From contig JAQGDQ010000391.1 in NCBI GenBank assembly GCA_030141605.1, forward strand, positions 155,865 through 219,864: DNA of 64,000 bases, written 5' to 3'. Below the pieces are notes generated by a model that had not been told where the DNA came from, made no database searches, and worked only from the letters and a program-made list of their open reading frames with translations. Positions 42,501 to 57,500 of this stretch are shown piece by piece. The position numbers were made by a program, and so were the translations under genes. The first letter of the stretch is position 1; each line of letters starts with the position of its first letter. The stretch comes from Tubiluchus corallicola. Lineage: Eukaryota > Animalia > Priapulida.

Positions 42501-45500
42501 CATACTAAAGACCAACTGTACCCTCAAGTATACAGATCAGTTTCCTTATTTTCGACCTCATTCCCTTTTGGAAGGTACACAAAAAGCACAAATATCTTGT
42601 AAGCCTTTTTAGCTAAAGTATTTCACCATTTGATATTATTTTTTATTTCTACATCTAAGAAAAATGTGCTGCTCCCAGGATGCTTTGGCACTCTAGAATC
42701 AATTTTATAAAAGTTGACAATTAAAGCAGTGTAAATCCTCAAAAAAGGATAAATATCAAGATTTGCGTTTTTCCAAGTGTTAGAAAAAAATCTTGAAGTA
42801 ATTCCAAAAAAATTATCAAAAACTGTTAATTTTGCTACTAAATAATAAACGTTTTATTGCTTGATTTAGTACTTGTTGTGGACGACACTCTTGAAGTTGT
42901 AGCTGTCATCGTTTGTGTAGTTGATCCTGGAGATGTCCTTGAGACTGTTCCTGTTGTCGTTGACATATTTGTTGATGAACCTACGATTGTTGAAACAATT
43001 TAAGCAGCAAAATAATAATATTAATAAAAAGAAAGCCACTGACTCTCTTCAGTTAGTAAGCATTTACAAGATTAGTAGAATGGCCATATTTTACTATGTT
43101 TTCACAATAAGTTTTGGCCAAAAAAATCTGAAACAGGATAACAAGTAGTGATTTTGTATAGTCGTATAAATCGCAGTGTTATTGTGCAATGTTCAATGAT
43201 GTTCAATGATCAATGTAATAATAAAAAACCAAAATTTTAAATTCAAATTCAAATTTTAAGTTTACCATTGCACTCACTCATGAGACCTCGAACATGTGTA
43301 CTACATTGCATTTGAAAACCTAAGAGTCGAAAGCTACAGCACCTGCTTTTTTATTCAAATGCAGGTACTAGTGTCCACCTGCCTAGTGAATGTAACAGCC
43401 AAAAGTAGTGAAAAAAATGCAAAATTACTGTAGTAATAATATTTTCAGGTGAACTATTATTGAAAAAAATATGTTCCTTTTCAATATATAGATTAGAATT
43501 ATAACATATGACTGGGTGCAACATTCTATTAACATTAGCAGCAGGCTCTGTATTCTAGTTTAGAATATGCATGAAAAAAAGTAAAAACCGTTTACAAACG
43601 CTTCTGCCTATATACTAAAACAGGGTTTGCAGATATTGGAAAGATTTGTGTTTTTACTACTATGGGCAGTCACGGCAGTGTAAGATATTAAGCACATTAG
43701 TACGAGCAGCAACAGCTTTATACAGTGCATTCTGAAGCACGTAAGTATAACTGCAATACTTACTGCAGTTGGCTTCTACACCTTCATCACGTCCATTTCC
43801 GCATTCGAAATTGCCGTTGCATAGGAAGTCCTTTGAAATGCAATTTTCGTAAGGGTCAAGCAACCAAGAGAGAGCCATCTTACAGTCAAATTCATCTGAA
43901 CCACATGTGTATGGCGAAGCTAAAATTGCACAAGAAGAAAAATAAGTAATTAATTTAGGTTTACACAAAAAAGCCAATAGTGATAGACAGGGCTGGAATA
44001 TGACCTTTTGGAGCTTCCGACGATAATGAAATTATGGGTCTTCCTGTCTTGAATAATTTTTACTGGTAATATATTATAAAAACAATTGCAGATCTTGAAG
44101 TAAATTTATTGCAAATTCTTTGATTTAGAATGACTTTTACTAGTCAACAAAGTAATGCCAAAGCTCAGTAATGCCAAGCATTGTATTAAATCCTTGGTGA
44201 GCAGCTGCAGTTTCTTTTGAATTTTGGTATTTCAGAAAAATGTGCTGCTGCTAGAAATTGTGAATGGATTTGCAGTCTAAAATCAATTTTATAAAGGCAT
44301 GACAATTAAAGTTGTGCATAAACTCAAAAAGGAAAAACGTATAAAAATTTACATTTTTCAAGCATTGAAAAAATCTGGTAGCTATCCCATGAAATACATA
44401 AAACGGTTAATTTGGCTACTAAATAATAAAAGTTTTATTGCTTGTTCTAGTACTTGTTGTGGACGATGCACTTGAAGCTGTTGCTGTCATCGTTTGTGTA
44501 GTTGAGCCTGAAGATGATTCTGAGACTATTCGTGTTGCAGTTGACAAACTTGTAGGTATACCTAAAGTTGTAAAGAAAGAAGCTGATAAATAATACTAGT
44601 TTAAAGAAAACTACTGACTATTAAGTTAATCAACCTTTACAAGATTACTGAAACAACACATATTTCGTTTTGCATTAATATAAAATTTTGCCCAAAAAAC
44701 AAAATAGATGAGCCATACAAAAGACCAACTGTACCCTGAAGTATACAGATAAGTTTCCTTATTTTCGACCTCATTCCCTTTTGGAAGGTACACAAAAAGC
44801 AGAAATATCTTTTAAGCTTTTTTAGCTAAAGTATTTCACCATTTGATATTATTTTTTATTTCTACATCTAAGAAAAATGTGTTGCTGCTAGAATGTTTTT
44901 GCACTTTAGAATCAATTTTATAAAAGTTGTCAATTAAAACAGTGTAAATCCTTAAAAAGGGATAAATATCAAGATTTACATTTTCTAAAGCACTGAAAAA
45001 ATCTAGTAGCTATTCCATGAAATATATAAAACTGTTAATTTGGCTACTAAATAATAAAAGTTTTATTGCTTGTTCTAGTACTTGTTGTGGACGATGCACT
45101 TGAAGCTGTTGCTGTCATCGTTTCTGTAGTTGATCCTGAAGATGATTCTGAGACTGTTCTTGTTGCAGTTGACAAACTTGTAGGTGTACCTAAAGTTGTA
45201 AAGAAAGAAGCTGATAAATAATACTAGATTAAAGAAAACTACTGACTATTAAGTTAATCAACCTTTACAAGATTACTGAAACAACACATATTTCGTTTTG
45301 CATTAACATAAAATTCTGCCCAAAAAACAAAATAGATGAGCCATACAAAAGACCAACTGTACCCTCAAGTATACAGATCAGTTTCCTTATTTTCGACCTC
45401 ATTCCCTTTTGGAAGGTACACAAAAAGCAGAAATATCTTTTAAGCTTTTTTAGCTAAAGTATTTCACCATTTGATATTATTTTTTATTTCTACATCTAAG

Positions 45501-48500
45501 AAAAATGTGCTGCTGTTAGAATGTTTTTGCACTCTAGAATCAATTTTATAAAAGTTGTCAATTAAAACAGTGTAAATCCTTAAAAAGGGATAAATATCAA
45601 GATTTACATTTTCTAAAGCATTGAAAAAATCTAGTAGCTATTCCATGAAATATATAAAACTGTTAATTTGGCTACTAAATAATAAAAGTTTTATTGCTTG
45701 TTCTAGTACTTGTTGTGGACGATGCACTTGAAGCTGTTGCTGTCATCGTTTGTGTAGTTGATCCTGAAGATGATTCTGAGACTGTTCTTGTTGCAGTTGA
45801 CAAACTTGTAGGTATACCTAAGTTGTAAAGAAAGAAGCTGATAAATAATACTAGTTTAAAGAAAACTACTGACTATTAAGTCAATCAACCTTTACAAGAT
45901 TACTAAAACAACACATATTTCGTTTTGCATTAACATAAAATTCTGCCGAAAAAACAAAATAGATGAGATATACAAAAGACCAACTGTACCCTCAAGTATA
46001 CAGATCAGTTTCCTTATTTTCGACCTCATTCCCTTTTGGAAGGTACACAAAAAGCAGAAATATCTTTTAAGCTTTTTTAGCTAAAGTATTTCACCATTTG
46101 ATATTATTTTTTATTTCTACATCTAAGAAAAATGTGCTGCTGCTAGAATGTTTTTGCACTCTAGAATCAATTTTATAAAACTTGTCAATTAAAACAGTGT
46201 AAATCCTTAAAAGGGGATAAATATCAAGATTTACATTTTCTAAAGCATTGAAAAAATCTAGTAGCTATTCCATGAAATATATAAAACTGTTAATTTGGCT
46301 ACTAAATAATAAAAGTTTTATTGCTTGTTCTAGTACTTGTTGTGGACGATGCACTTGAAGCTGTTGATGTCATCGTTTGTGTAGTTGATCCTGAAGATGA
46401 TTCTGAGACTGTTCTTGTTGCAGTTGACAAACTTGTAGGTATACCTAAAGTTGTAAAGAAAGAAGCTGATAAATAATACTAGTTTAAAGAAAACTACTGA
46501 CTATTAAGTCAATCAACCTTTACAAGATTACTGAAACAACACATATTTCGTTTTGCATTAACATAAAATTCTGCCCAAAAAACAAAATAGATGAGCCATA
46601 CAAAAGACCAACTGTACCCTCAAGTATACAGATCAGTTTCCTCATTTTCGACCTCATTCCCTTTTGGAAGGTACACAAAAAGCAGAAATATCTTTTAAGC
46701 TTTTTTAGCTAAAGTATTTCACCATTTGATAATATTTTTTATTTCTACATCTAAGAAAAATGTGCTGCTGCTAGAATGTTTTTGCACTCTAGAATCAATT
46801 TTATAAAAGTTGTCAATTAAAACAGTGTAAATCCTTCAAAGGGGATAAATATCAAGATTTACATTTTCTAAAGCATTGAAAAAATCTAGTAGCTACCCCA
46901 TGAAATATATGAAACTGTTAATTTGGCTACTAAATAATAAAAGTTTTATTGCTTGTTCTAGTACTTGTTGTGGACGATGCACTTGAAGCTGTTGCTGTCA
47001 TCGTTTGTGTAGTTGATCCTGAAGATGATTCTGAGACTGTTCTTGTTGCAGTTGACAAAGTTGTAGGACTACCTAAAATTGTAAAGAAAGAAGTTGATAA
47101 ATAATACTAGATTAAAGAAAACTACTGACTATTAAGTTAATCAACCTTTACAAGATTACTGAAATGACACATATTTCGTTTTGCATTAACATAAAATTCT
47201 GCCCAAAAAACAAAATAGATGGGCCATACAAAAGACCAACTGTACCCTCAAGTATACAGATCAGTTTTCTTACTTTCGACCTTATCAACTTTTGGAAGGT
47301 ACACAAAAAGCACAAAATCTTTTAAGCTTTTTTAGCTAAAGTATTTCAACTTTTGATACTATTTTTTATTTCTACATCAAAGAAAAACGTGCTGCTGCCA
47401 GGATGTTTTGGCAGTCTAAAATCAATTTTGTAATGGCATGACAATTAAAGTAGTGCATAAACTCAAAAAGGAAAAACGTATAAAAATTTACATTTTTTAA
47501 GCATTGAAAAAATCTGGTAGCTATTCCATGAAATACATAAAACGGTTAATTTGGCTACTAAATATTAAAAGTTTTATTGCTTGTTCTAGTACTTGTTGTG
47601 GACGATGCACTTGAAGCTGTTGATGTCATCGTTTGTGTAGTTGAGCCTGAAGATGATTCTGAGACTGTTCTCGTTGCAGTTGACAAAGTTGTAGGACTAC
47701 CTAAAATTGTAAAGAAAGAAGTTGATAAATAATACTAGATTAAAGAAAACTTCTGACTATTAAGTTAATCAACCTTTACAAGATTACTGAAATGACACAT
47801 ATTTCGTTTTGCATTAACATAAAATTTTGCCCAAAAAAACAAAATATATGGGCCATACAAAAGACCAACTGTACCCTCAAGTATACAGATCAGTTTCCTT
47901 AGTTTCGACCTCATTCCCTTTTGGAAGGTACACAAAAAGCACAAATATCTTGTAAGCTTTTTTAGCTAAAGTATTTCACCATTTGATATTATTTTTTATT
48001 TCTACATCTAAGAAAAATGTGCTGCTCCCAGAATGTTTTGGCACTCTAGAATCAATTTTATAAAAGTTGACAATTAAAGCAGTGTAAATCCTCAAAAAGG
48101 GATAAATACCAAGATTTGCATTTTTTCCAAGTGTTAGAAAAAAAATCTTGAAGTAATTCCAAAAAAATTATCAAAAACTGTTAATTTTGCTACTAAATAA
48201 TAAAAGTTTTATTGCTTGATTTAGTACTTGTTGTTGACGACACTCTTGAAGTTGTAGCTGTCATCGTTTGTGTAGTTGATCCTGGAGATGTCCTTGAGAC
48301 TGTTCCTGTTGTCGTTGACATATTTGTTGATGAACCTACGATTGTTGAAACAATTTAAGCAGCAAAATAATAATATTAATAAAAAGAAAGCCACTGACTC
48401 TCTTAAGTTATTAAGCATTTACAATATTAGTAGAATGGCCATATTTTACTATGTTTTCACAATAAGTTTTGTCCAAAAAAATCTGAAACAGGATAACAAG

Positions 48501-51500
48501 TAGTGATTTTGTATAGTCGTATAAATCGCAGTGTTATTGTGCAATGTTCAATGATGTTCAATGATCAATGTAATAATAAAAAACCAAAATTTTAAATTAA
48601 AATTCAAATTTTAAGTTTACCATTGCACTCACTCATGAGACCTCGAACATGTGTACTACATTGCATTTGAAAACCTAAGAGTCGAAAGGTACAGCACCTG
48701 GTTTTTATTCAAATGCAGGTACTAGTGTCCACCTACTTAGTGAATGTAACAGCCAAAAGTAGTGAAAAAAATGCAAAATTACTGTAGTAATAATATTTTC
48801 AGGTGAACTATTATTGAAAAAAATATGTTCCTTTTCAATATATAGATTAGAATTATAACATATGACTGGGTGCAACATTCTATTAACATTAACAGCAGGA
48901 TCTGTATTCTAGTTTAGAATATGCATGGAAAAAAGTAAAAACCATTTACAAACGCTTCTGCCTATATACTAAAACAGGGTTTGCAGATATTGGAAAGATT
49001 TGTGTTTTTACTACTATGGGCAGTCCTGGCAGTGTAAGATATTAAACACATTAGTACGAGCAGCAACAGTTTTATACAGTGCATTCTGAAGCACGTAAGT
49101 ATAACTACAATACTTACTGCAGTTGGCTTCTACACCTTCATCACGTCCATTTCCGCATTCGAAATTGCCATTGCATAGAAAGTCCTTTGAAATGCAATTT
49201 TCGTAAGGGTCAAGCAACCAAGAGAGAGACATCTTGCAGTCAAATTCATCTGAACCACATGTGTATGGCGAAGCTAAAATTGCGCAAGAAGAAAAAATGT
49301 AATTAATTTAGGTTTACACAAAAAAGCCAATAGTGATAGACAGGGCTGGACTATGACCTTTTGGAGCTTCCGACGATAATGAAATTATGGGTCTTCCTGT
49401 CTTGAATAATTTTTACTGGTAATATATTATAAAAACAATTGCAGATCTTGAAGTGAATTTATTGCAAATTCTTTGATTTAGAATGACTTTTACTAGTCAA
49501 CAAAGTAATGCCAAAGCTCAGTAATGCCAAGCATTGTATTAAATCCTTTGTGAGCAGTTGCAGTTTCTTTTGAATTTTGGTATTTCAGAAAAATGTGCTG
49601 CTGCTAGAAATTGTGAATGGATTTGCAGTCTAAAATCAATTTTATAAAGGCATGACAATTAAAGTTGTGCGTAAACTCAAAAAGGAAAACCGTATAAAAA
49701 TTTACATTTTTCAAGCATTGAAAAAATCTGGTAGCTATCCCATGAAATACATAAAACGGTTAATTTGGCTACTAAATAATAAAAGTTTTATTGCTTGTTC
49801 TAGTACTTGTTGTGGACGATGCACTTGAAGCTGTTGCTGTCATCGTTTGTGTAGTTGAGCCTGAAGATGATTCTGAGACTATTCTTGTTGCAGTTGACAA
49901 ACTTGTAGGTATACCTAAAGTTGTAAAGAAAGAAGCTGATAAATAATACTAGTTTAAAGAAAACTACTGACTATTAAGTCAATCAACCTTTACAAGATTA
50001 CTGAAACAACACATATTTCGACTACGACACATATTTCGTTTTGCATTAAAGTAAAATTCTGCCCAAAAAACAAAATAGATGAGCCATACAAAAGACCAAC
50101 TGTACCCTCCAATATACAGATCAGTTTTCTTATTTTCGACCTTATCCCCTTTTGGAAGATACACAAAAAGCAGAAATATCTTTTAAGCTTTTTTAGCTAA
50201 AGTATTTCACCATTTGATATTTTTTTTTATTTCTACATCTAAGAAAAATGTGCTGCTCCCAGGATATTTTGGCACTCTAGAATCAATTTTATAAAAGTTG
50301 ACAATTAAAACAGTGTAAATTCTTAAAAAAGGATAGATATCAAGATTTACATTTTCTAAAGCATTGAAAAAATCTAGTAGCTATCCAATGAAATATATGA
50401 AACTGTTAATTTGGCTACTAAATATTAAAGCTTTTATTGTTTGTTCTAGTACTTGTTGTGGACGATGCACTTGAAGCTGTTGATGTCATCGTTTGTGTAG
50501 TTGAACCTGAAGATGATTCTGAGACCGTTCTTGTTGCAGTTGACAAAGTTGTAGGACTACCTAAAATTGTAAAGAAAGAAGTTGATAAATAATACTAGAT
50601 TAAAGAAACCTACTTACTATTAAGTTAATCAACCTTTACAAGATTACTGAAATGACACATATTTCGTTTTGCATTAACATAAAATTCTGCCCAAAAAAAA
50701 CAAAATAGATGGGCCATACAAAAGACCAACTGTACCCTCAAGTATACAGATCAGTTTTCTTACTTTCGACCTTATCACCTTTTGGAAGGTACACAAAAAA
50801 GCACAAAATCTTTTAAGCTTTTTTAGCTAAAGTATTTCAACTTTTGATATTATTTTTTATTTCTACATCAAAGAAAAACGTGCTGCTGCCAGGATGTTTT
50901 GGCAGTCTAAAATAAATTTTATAAAGGCATGACAATTAAAGTAGTGCATAAACTCAAAAAGGAAAAACGTATAAAAATTTACATTTTTCAAGCATTGAAA
51001 AAATCTGGTAGCTATTCCATGAAATACAAAAAACGGTTAATTTGGCTACTAAATAATAAAAGTTTTATTGCTTGTTCTAGTACTTGTTGTGGACGATGCA
51101 CTTGAAGCTGTTGATGTCATCGTTTGTGTAGTTGAGCCTGAAGATTCTGAGACTGTTCTTGTTGCAGTTGACAAAGTTGTAGGACTACCTAAAATTGTAA
51201 AGAAAGAAGTTGATAAATAATACTAGATTAAAGAAAACTACTGACTATTAAGTTAATCAACCTTTACAAGATTACTGAAATGACACATATTTCGTTTTGC
51301 ATTAACATAAAATTTTGCCCGAAAAAACAAAATAGATGGGCCATACAAAAGACCAACTGTACCCTCAAGTATACAGATCAGTTTCCTTATTTTCGACCTC
51401 ATTCCCTTTAGGAAGGTACACAAAAAGCACAAATATCTTGTAAGCTTTTTTAGCTAAAGTATTTCACCATTTGATATTATTTTTTATTTCTACATCTAAG

Positions 51501-54500
51501 AAAAATGTGCTGCTCCCAGAATGTTTTGGCACTCTAGAATCAATTTTATAAAAGTTGACAATTAAAGCAGTGTAAATCCTCAAAAAGGGATAAATATCAA
51601 GATTTGCATTTTTTCCAAGTGTTAGGAAAAAAAATCTTGAAGTAATTCCAAAAAAATTATCAAAAACTGTTAATTTTGCTACTAAATAATAAAAGTTTTA
51701 TTGCTTGTTCTAGTACTTGTTGTGGACGATGCACTTGAAGCTGTTGCTGTCATCGTTTGTGTAGTTGAGCCTGAAGATGATTCTGAGACTGTTCTTGTTG
51801 CAGTTGACAAAGTTGTAGGACTACCTAAAATTGTAAAGAAAGAAGTTGATAAATAATACTAGATTAAAGAAAACTACTGACTATTAAGTTAATCGACCTT
51901 TACAAGATTACTGAAATGACACATATTTCGTTTTGCATTAACATAAAATTCTGCCCAAAAAAACAAAATAGATGGGCCATACAAAAGACCAACTGTACCC
52001 CCCAATATACAGATCAGTTTTCTTATTTTCGACCTTATCCCCTTTTGGAAGATACACAAAAAGCAGAAATATCTTTTAAGCTTTTTTAGCTAAAGTATTT
52101 CACCATTTGATATTATTTTTATTTCTACATCTAAGAAAAATGTGCTGCTCCCAGGATGTTTTGGCACTCTAGAATCAATTTCATAAAAGTTGACAATTCA
52201 AACAGTGTAAATCCTTAAAAAAGGATAGATATCAAGATTTACATTTTCTAAAGCATTGAAAAAAATCTAGTAGCTATCCAATGAAATATATGAAACTGTT
52301 AATTTGGCTACTAAATATTAAAGCTTTTATTGTTTGTTCTAGTACTTGTTGTGGACGATGCACTTGAAGCTGTTGATGTCATCGTTTGTGTAGTTGAACC
52401 TGAAGATGATTCTGAGACTGTTCTTGTTGCAGTTGACAAAGTTGTAGGACTACCTAAAATTGTAAAGAAAGAAGTTGATAAATAATACTAGATTAAAGAA
52501 ACCTACTGACTATTAAGTTAATCAACCTTTACAAGATTACTGAAATGACACATATTTCGTTTTGCATTAACATAAAATTCTGCCCAAAAAACAAAATAGA
52601 TGAGCCATACAAAAGACCAACTGTACCCTCCAATATACAGATCAGTTTTCTTATTTTCGACCTTATCCCCTTTTGGAAGATACACAAAAAGCAGAAATAT
52701 CTTTTAAGCTTTTTTAGCTAAAGTATTTCAACTTTTGATATTATTTTTTATTTCTACATCAAAGAAAAACGTGCTGCTGCCAGGATGTTTTGGCAGTCTA
52801 AAATCAATTTTATAAAGGCATGACAATTAAAGTAGTGCATAAACTCAAAAAGGAAAAACGTATAAAAATTTACATTTTTCAAGCATTGAAAAAATCTAGT
52901 AGCTATCCAATGAAATATATAAAACTTTTAATTTGGCTACTAAATATTAAAGGTTTTATTGTTTGTTCTAGTACTTGTTGTGGACGATGCACTTGAAGCT
53001 GTTGATGTCATCGTTTGTGTAGTTGAGCCTGAAGATGATTCTGAGACTGTTCTTGTTGCAGTTGACAAAGTTGTAGGACTACCTAAAATTGTAAAGAAAG
53101 AAGTTGATAAATAATACTAGATTAAAGAAACCTACTGACTATTAAGTTAATCAACCTTTACAAGATTACTGAAATGACACATATTTCGTTTTGCATTAAC
53201 ATAAAATTCTGCCCAAAAAACAAAATAGATGGGCCATACAAAAGACCAACTGTACCCTCAAGTATACAGATCAGTTTTCTTATTTTCGACCTTATCCCCT
53301 TTTGGAAGGTACACAAAAAGCACAAAATCTTTTAAGCTTTTTTAGCTAAAGAATTTCAACTTTTGATATTATTTTTTATTTCTACATCAAAGAAAAACGT
53401 GCTGCTGCCAGGATGTTTTGGCAGTCTAAAATCAATTTTATAAAGGCATGACAATTAAAGTAGTGCATAAACTCAAAAAGGAAAAACGTATAAAAATTTA
53501 CATTTTTCAAGCATTGAAAAAATCTGGTAGCTATTCCATGAAATACATAAAACGGTTAATTTGGCTACTAAATAATAAAAGTTTTATTGCTTGTTCTAGT
53601 ACTTGTTGTGGACGATGCACTTGAAGCTATTGATGTCATCGTTTGTGTAGTTGAGCCTGAAGATGATTCTGAGACTGTTCTTGTTGCAGTTGACAAAGTT
53701 GTAGGACTACCTAAAATTGTAAAGCAAGAAGTTGATAAATAATACTAGGTTAAAGAAAACTACTGACTATTAAGTTAATCAACCTTTACAAGATTACTGA
53801 AATGACACATATTTCGTTTTGCATTAACATAAAATTCTGCCCAAAAAAAAATAGATGGGCCATACAAAAGACCAACTGTACCCTCAAGTATACAGATCAG
53901 TTTTCTTACTTTCGACCTTATCAACTTTTGGAAGGTACACAAAAAGCACAAAATCTTTTAAGCTTTTTTAGCTAAAGTATTTCAACTTTTGATACTATTT
54001 TTTATTTCTACATCAAAGAAAAACGTGCTGCTGCCAGGATGTTTTGGCAGTCTAAAATCAATTTTGTAATGGCATGACAATTAAAGTAGTGCATAAACTC
54101 AAAAAGGAAAAACGTATAAAAATTTACATTTTTTAAGCATTGAAAAAATCTGGTAGCTATTCCATGAAATACATAAAACGGTTAATTTGGCTACTAAATA
54201 ATAAAAGTTTTATTGCTTGTTCTAGTACTTGTTGTGGACGATGCACTTGAAGCTGTTGATGTCATCGTTTGTGTAGTTGAGCCTGAAGATGATTCTGAGA
54301 CTGTTCTCGTTGCAGTTGACAAAGTTGTAGGACTACCTAAAATTGTAAAGAAAGAAGTTGATAAATAATACTAGATTAAAGAAAACTTCTGACTATTAAG
54401 TTAATCAACCTTTACAAGATTACTGAAATGACACATATTTCGTTTTGCATTAACATAAAATTTTGCCCAAAAAAACAAAATATATGGGCCATACAAAAGA

Positions 54501-57500
54501 CCAACTGTACCCTCAAGTATACAGATCAGTTTCCTTAGTTTCGACCTCATTCCCTTTTGGAAGGTACACAAAAAGCACAAATATCTTGTAAGCTTTTTTA
54601 GCTAAAGTATTTCACCATTTGATATTATTTTTTATTTCTACATCTAAGAAAAATGTGCTGCTCCCAGAATGTTTTGGCACTCTAGAATCAATTTTATAAA
54701 AGTTGACAATTAAAGCAGTGTAAATCCTCAAAAAGGGATAAATACCAAGATTTGCATTTTTTCCAAGTGTTAGAAAAAAAATCTTGAAGTAATTCCAAAA
54801 AAATTATCAAAAACTGTTAATTTTGCTACTAAATAATAAAAGTTTTATTGCTTGATTTAGTACTTGTTGTGGACGACACTCTTGAAGTTGTAGCTGTCAT
54901 CGTTTGTGTAGTTGATCCTGGAGATGTCCTTGAGACTGTTCTTGTTGCAGTTGACAAATTTGTAGGACTACCTAAAATTGTAAAGAAAGAAGTTGATAAA
55001 TAATACTAGATTAAAGAAAACTACTGACTATTAAGTTAATCAACCTTTACAAGATTACTGAAATGACACATATTTCGCTTTGCATTAACATAAAATTCTG
55101 CCCAAAAAAACAAAATAGATGGGCCATACAAAAGACCAACTGTACCCCCCAATATACAGATCAGTTTTCTTATTTTCGACCTTATCCCCTTTTGGAAGAT
55201 ACACAAAAAGCAGAAATATCTTTTAAGCTTTTTTAGCTAAAGTATTTCACCATTTGATATTATTTTTATTTCTACATCTAAGAAAAATGTGCTGCTCCCA
55301 GGATGTTTTGGCACTCTAGAATCAATTTCATAAAAGTTGACAATTCAAACAGTGTAAATCCTTAAAAAAGGATAGATATCAAGATTTACATTTTCTAAAG
55401 CAGTGAAAAAATCTAGTAGCTATCCAATGAAATATATGAAACTGTTAATTTGGCTACTAAATATTAAAGGTTTTATTGTTTGTTCTAGTACTTGTTGTGG
55501 ACGATGCACTTGAAGCTGTTGATGTCATCGTTTGTGTAGTTGAGCCTGAAGATGATTCTGAGACTGTTCTTGTTGCAGTTGACAAAGTTGTAGGACTACC
55601 TAAAATTGTAAAGAAAGAAGTTGATAAATAATACTAGATTAAAGAAACCTACTGACTATTAAGTTAATCGACCTTTACAAGATTACTGAAATGACACATA
55701 TTTCGTTTTGCATTAACATAAAATTCTGCCCAAAAAAACAAAATAGATGGGCCATACAAAAGACCAACTGTACCCTCCAATATACAGATCAGTTTTCTTA
55801 TTTTCGACCTTATCCCCTTTTGGAAGATACACAAAAAGCAGAAATATCTTTTAAGCTTTTTTAGCTAAAGTATTTCAACTTTTGATATTATTTTTTATTT
55901 CTACATCAAAGAAAAACGTGCTGCTGCCAGGATGTTTTGGCAGTCTAAAATCAATTTTATAAAGGCATGACAATTAAAGTAGTGCATAAACTCAAAAAGG
56001 AAAAACGTATAAAAATTTACATTTTTCAAGCATTGAAAAAATCTGGTAGCTATTCCATGAAATACATAAAACGGTTAATTTGGCTACTAAATAATAAAAG
56101 TTTTATTGCTTGTTCTAGTACTTGTTGTGGACGATGCACTTGAAGCTGTTGATGTCATCGTTTGTGTAGTTGAGCCTGAAGATGATTCTGAGACTGTTCT
56201 TGTTGCAGTTGACAAACTTGTAGGTATACCTAAAGTTGTAAAGAAAGAAGCTGATAAATAATACTAGATTAAAGAAAACTACTGACTATTAAGTTAATCA
56301 ACCTTTACAAGATTACTGAAACGACACATATTTCGTTTTGCATTAACATAAAATTCTGCCCAAAAAACAAAATAGATGGGCCATACAAAAGACCAACTGT
56401 ACCCTCAAGTATACAGATCAGTTTCCTTATTTTCGACCTCATTCCCTTTTGGAAGGTACACAAAAAGCACAAAATCTTTTAAGCTTTTTTAGCTAAAGTA
56501 TTTCACCATTTGATATTATTTTTTATTTCTACATCTAAGAAAAATGTGCTGCTGCCAGGATGTTTTGGCACTCTAGAATCAATTTTGTAAAAGTTGACAA
56601 TTAAAACAGTGTAAATCCTTAAAAAGGGATAGATATCAAGATTTACATTTTCTATAGCATTGAAAAAATCTAGTAGCTATCCAATGAAATATATAAAACT
56701 GTTAATTTGGCTACTAAATATTAAAGGTTTTATTGTTTGTTCTAGTACTTGTTGTGGACGATGCACTTGAAGCTGTTGATGTCATCGTTTGTGTAGTTGA
56801 GCCTGAAGATGATTCTGAGACTGTTCTTGTTGCAGTTGACAAAGTTGTAGGACTACCTAAAATTGTAAAGAAAGAAGTTGATAAATAATACTAGATTAAA
56901 GAAACCTACTGACTATTAAGTTAATCAACCTTTACAAGATTACTGAAATGACACATATTTCGTTTTGCATTAACATAAAATTCTGCCCAAAAAACAAAAT
57001 AGATGGGCCATACAAAAGACCAACTGTACCCTCAAGTATACAGATCAGTTTTCTTACTTTCGACCTTATCAACTTTTGGAAGGTACACAAAAAGCACAAA
57101 ATCTTTTAAGCTTTTTTAGCTAAAGTATTTCAACTTTTGATATTATTTTTTATTTCTACATCAAAGAAAAACGTGCTGCTGCCAGGATGTTTTGGCAGTC
57201 TAAAATCAATTTTATAAAGGCATGACAATTAAAGTAGTGCATAAACTCAAAAAGGAAAAACGTATAAAAATTTACATTTTTCAAGCATTGAAAAAATCTG
57301 GTAGCTATTCCATGAAATACATAAAACGGTTAATTTGGCTACTAAATAATAAAAGTTTTATTGCTTGTTCTAGTACTTGTTGTGGACGATGCACTTGAAG
57401 CTGTTGATGTCATCGTTTGTGTAGTTGAGCCTGAAGATGATTCTGAGACTGTTCTTGTTGCAGTTGACAAACTTGTAGGTATACCTAAAGTTGTAAAGAA

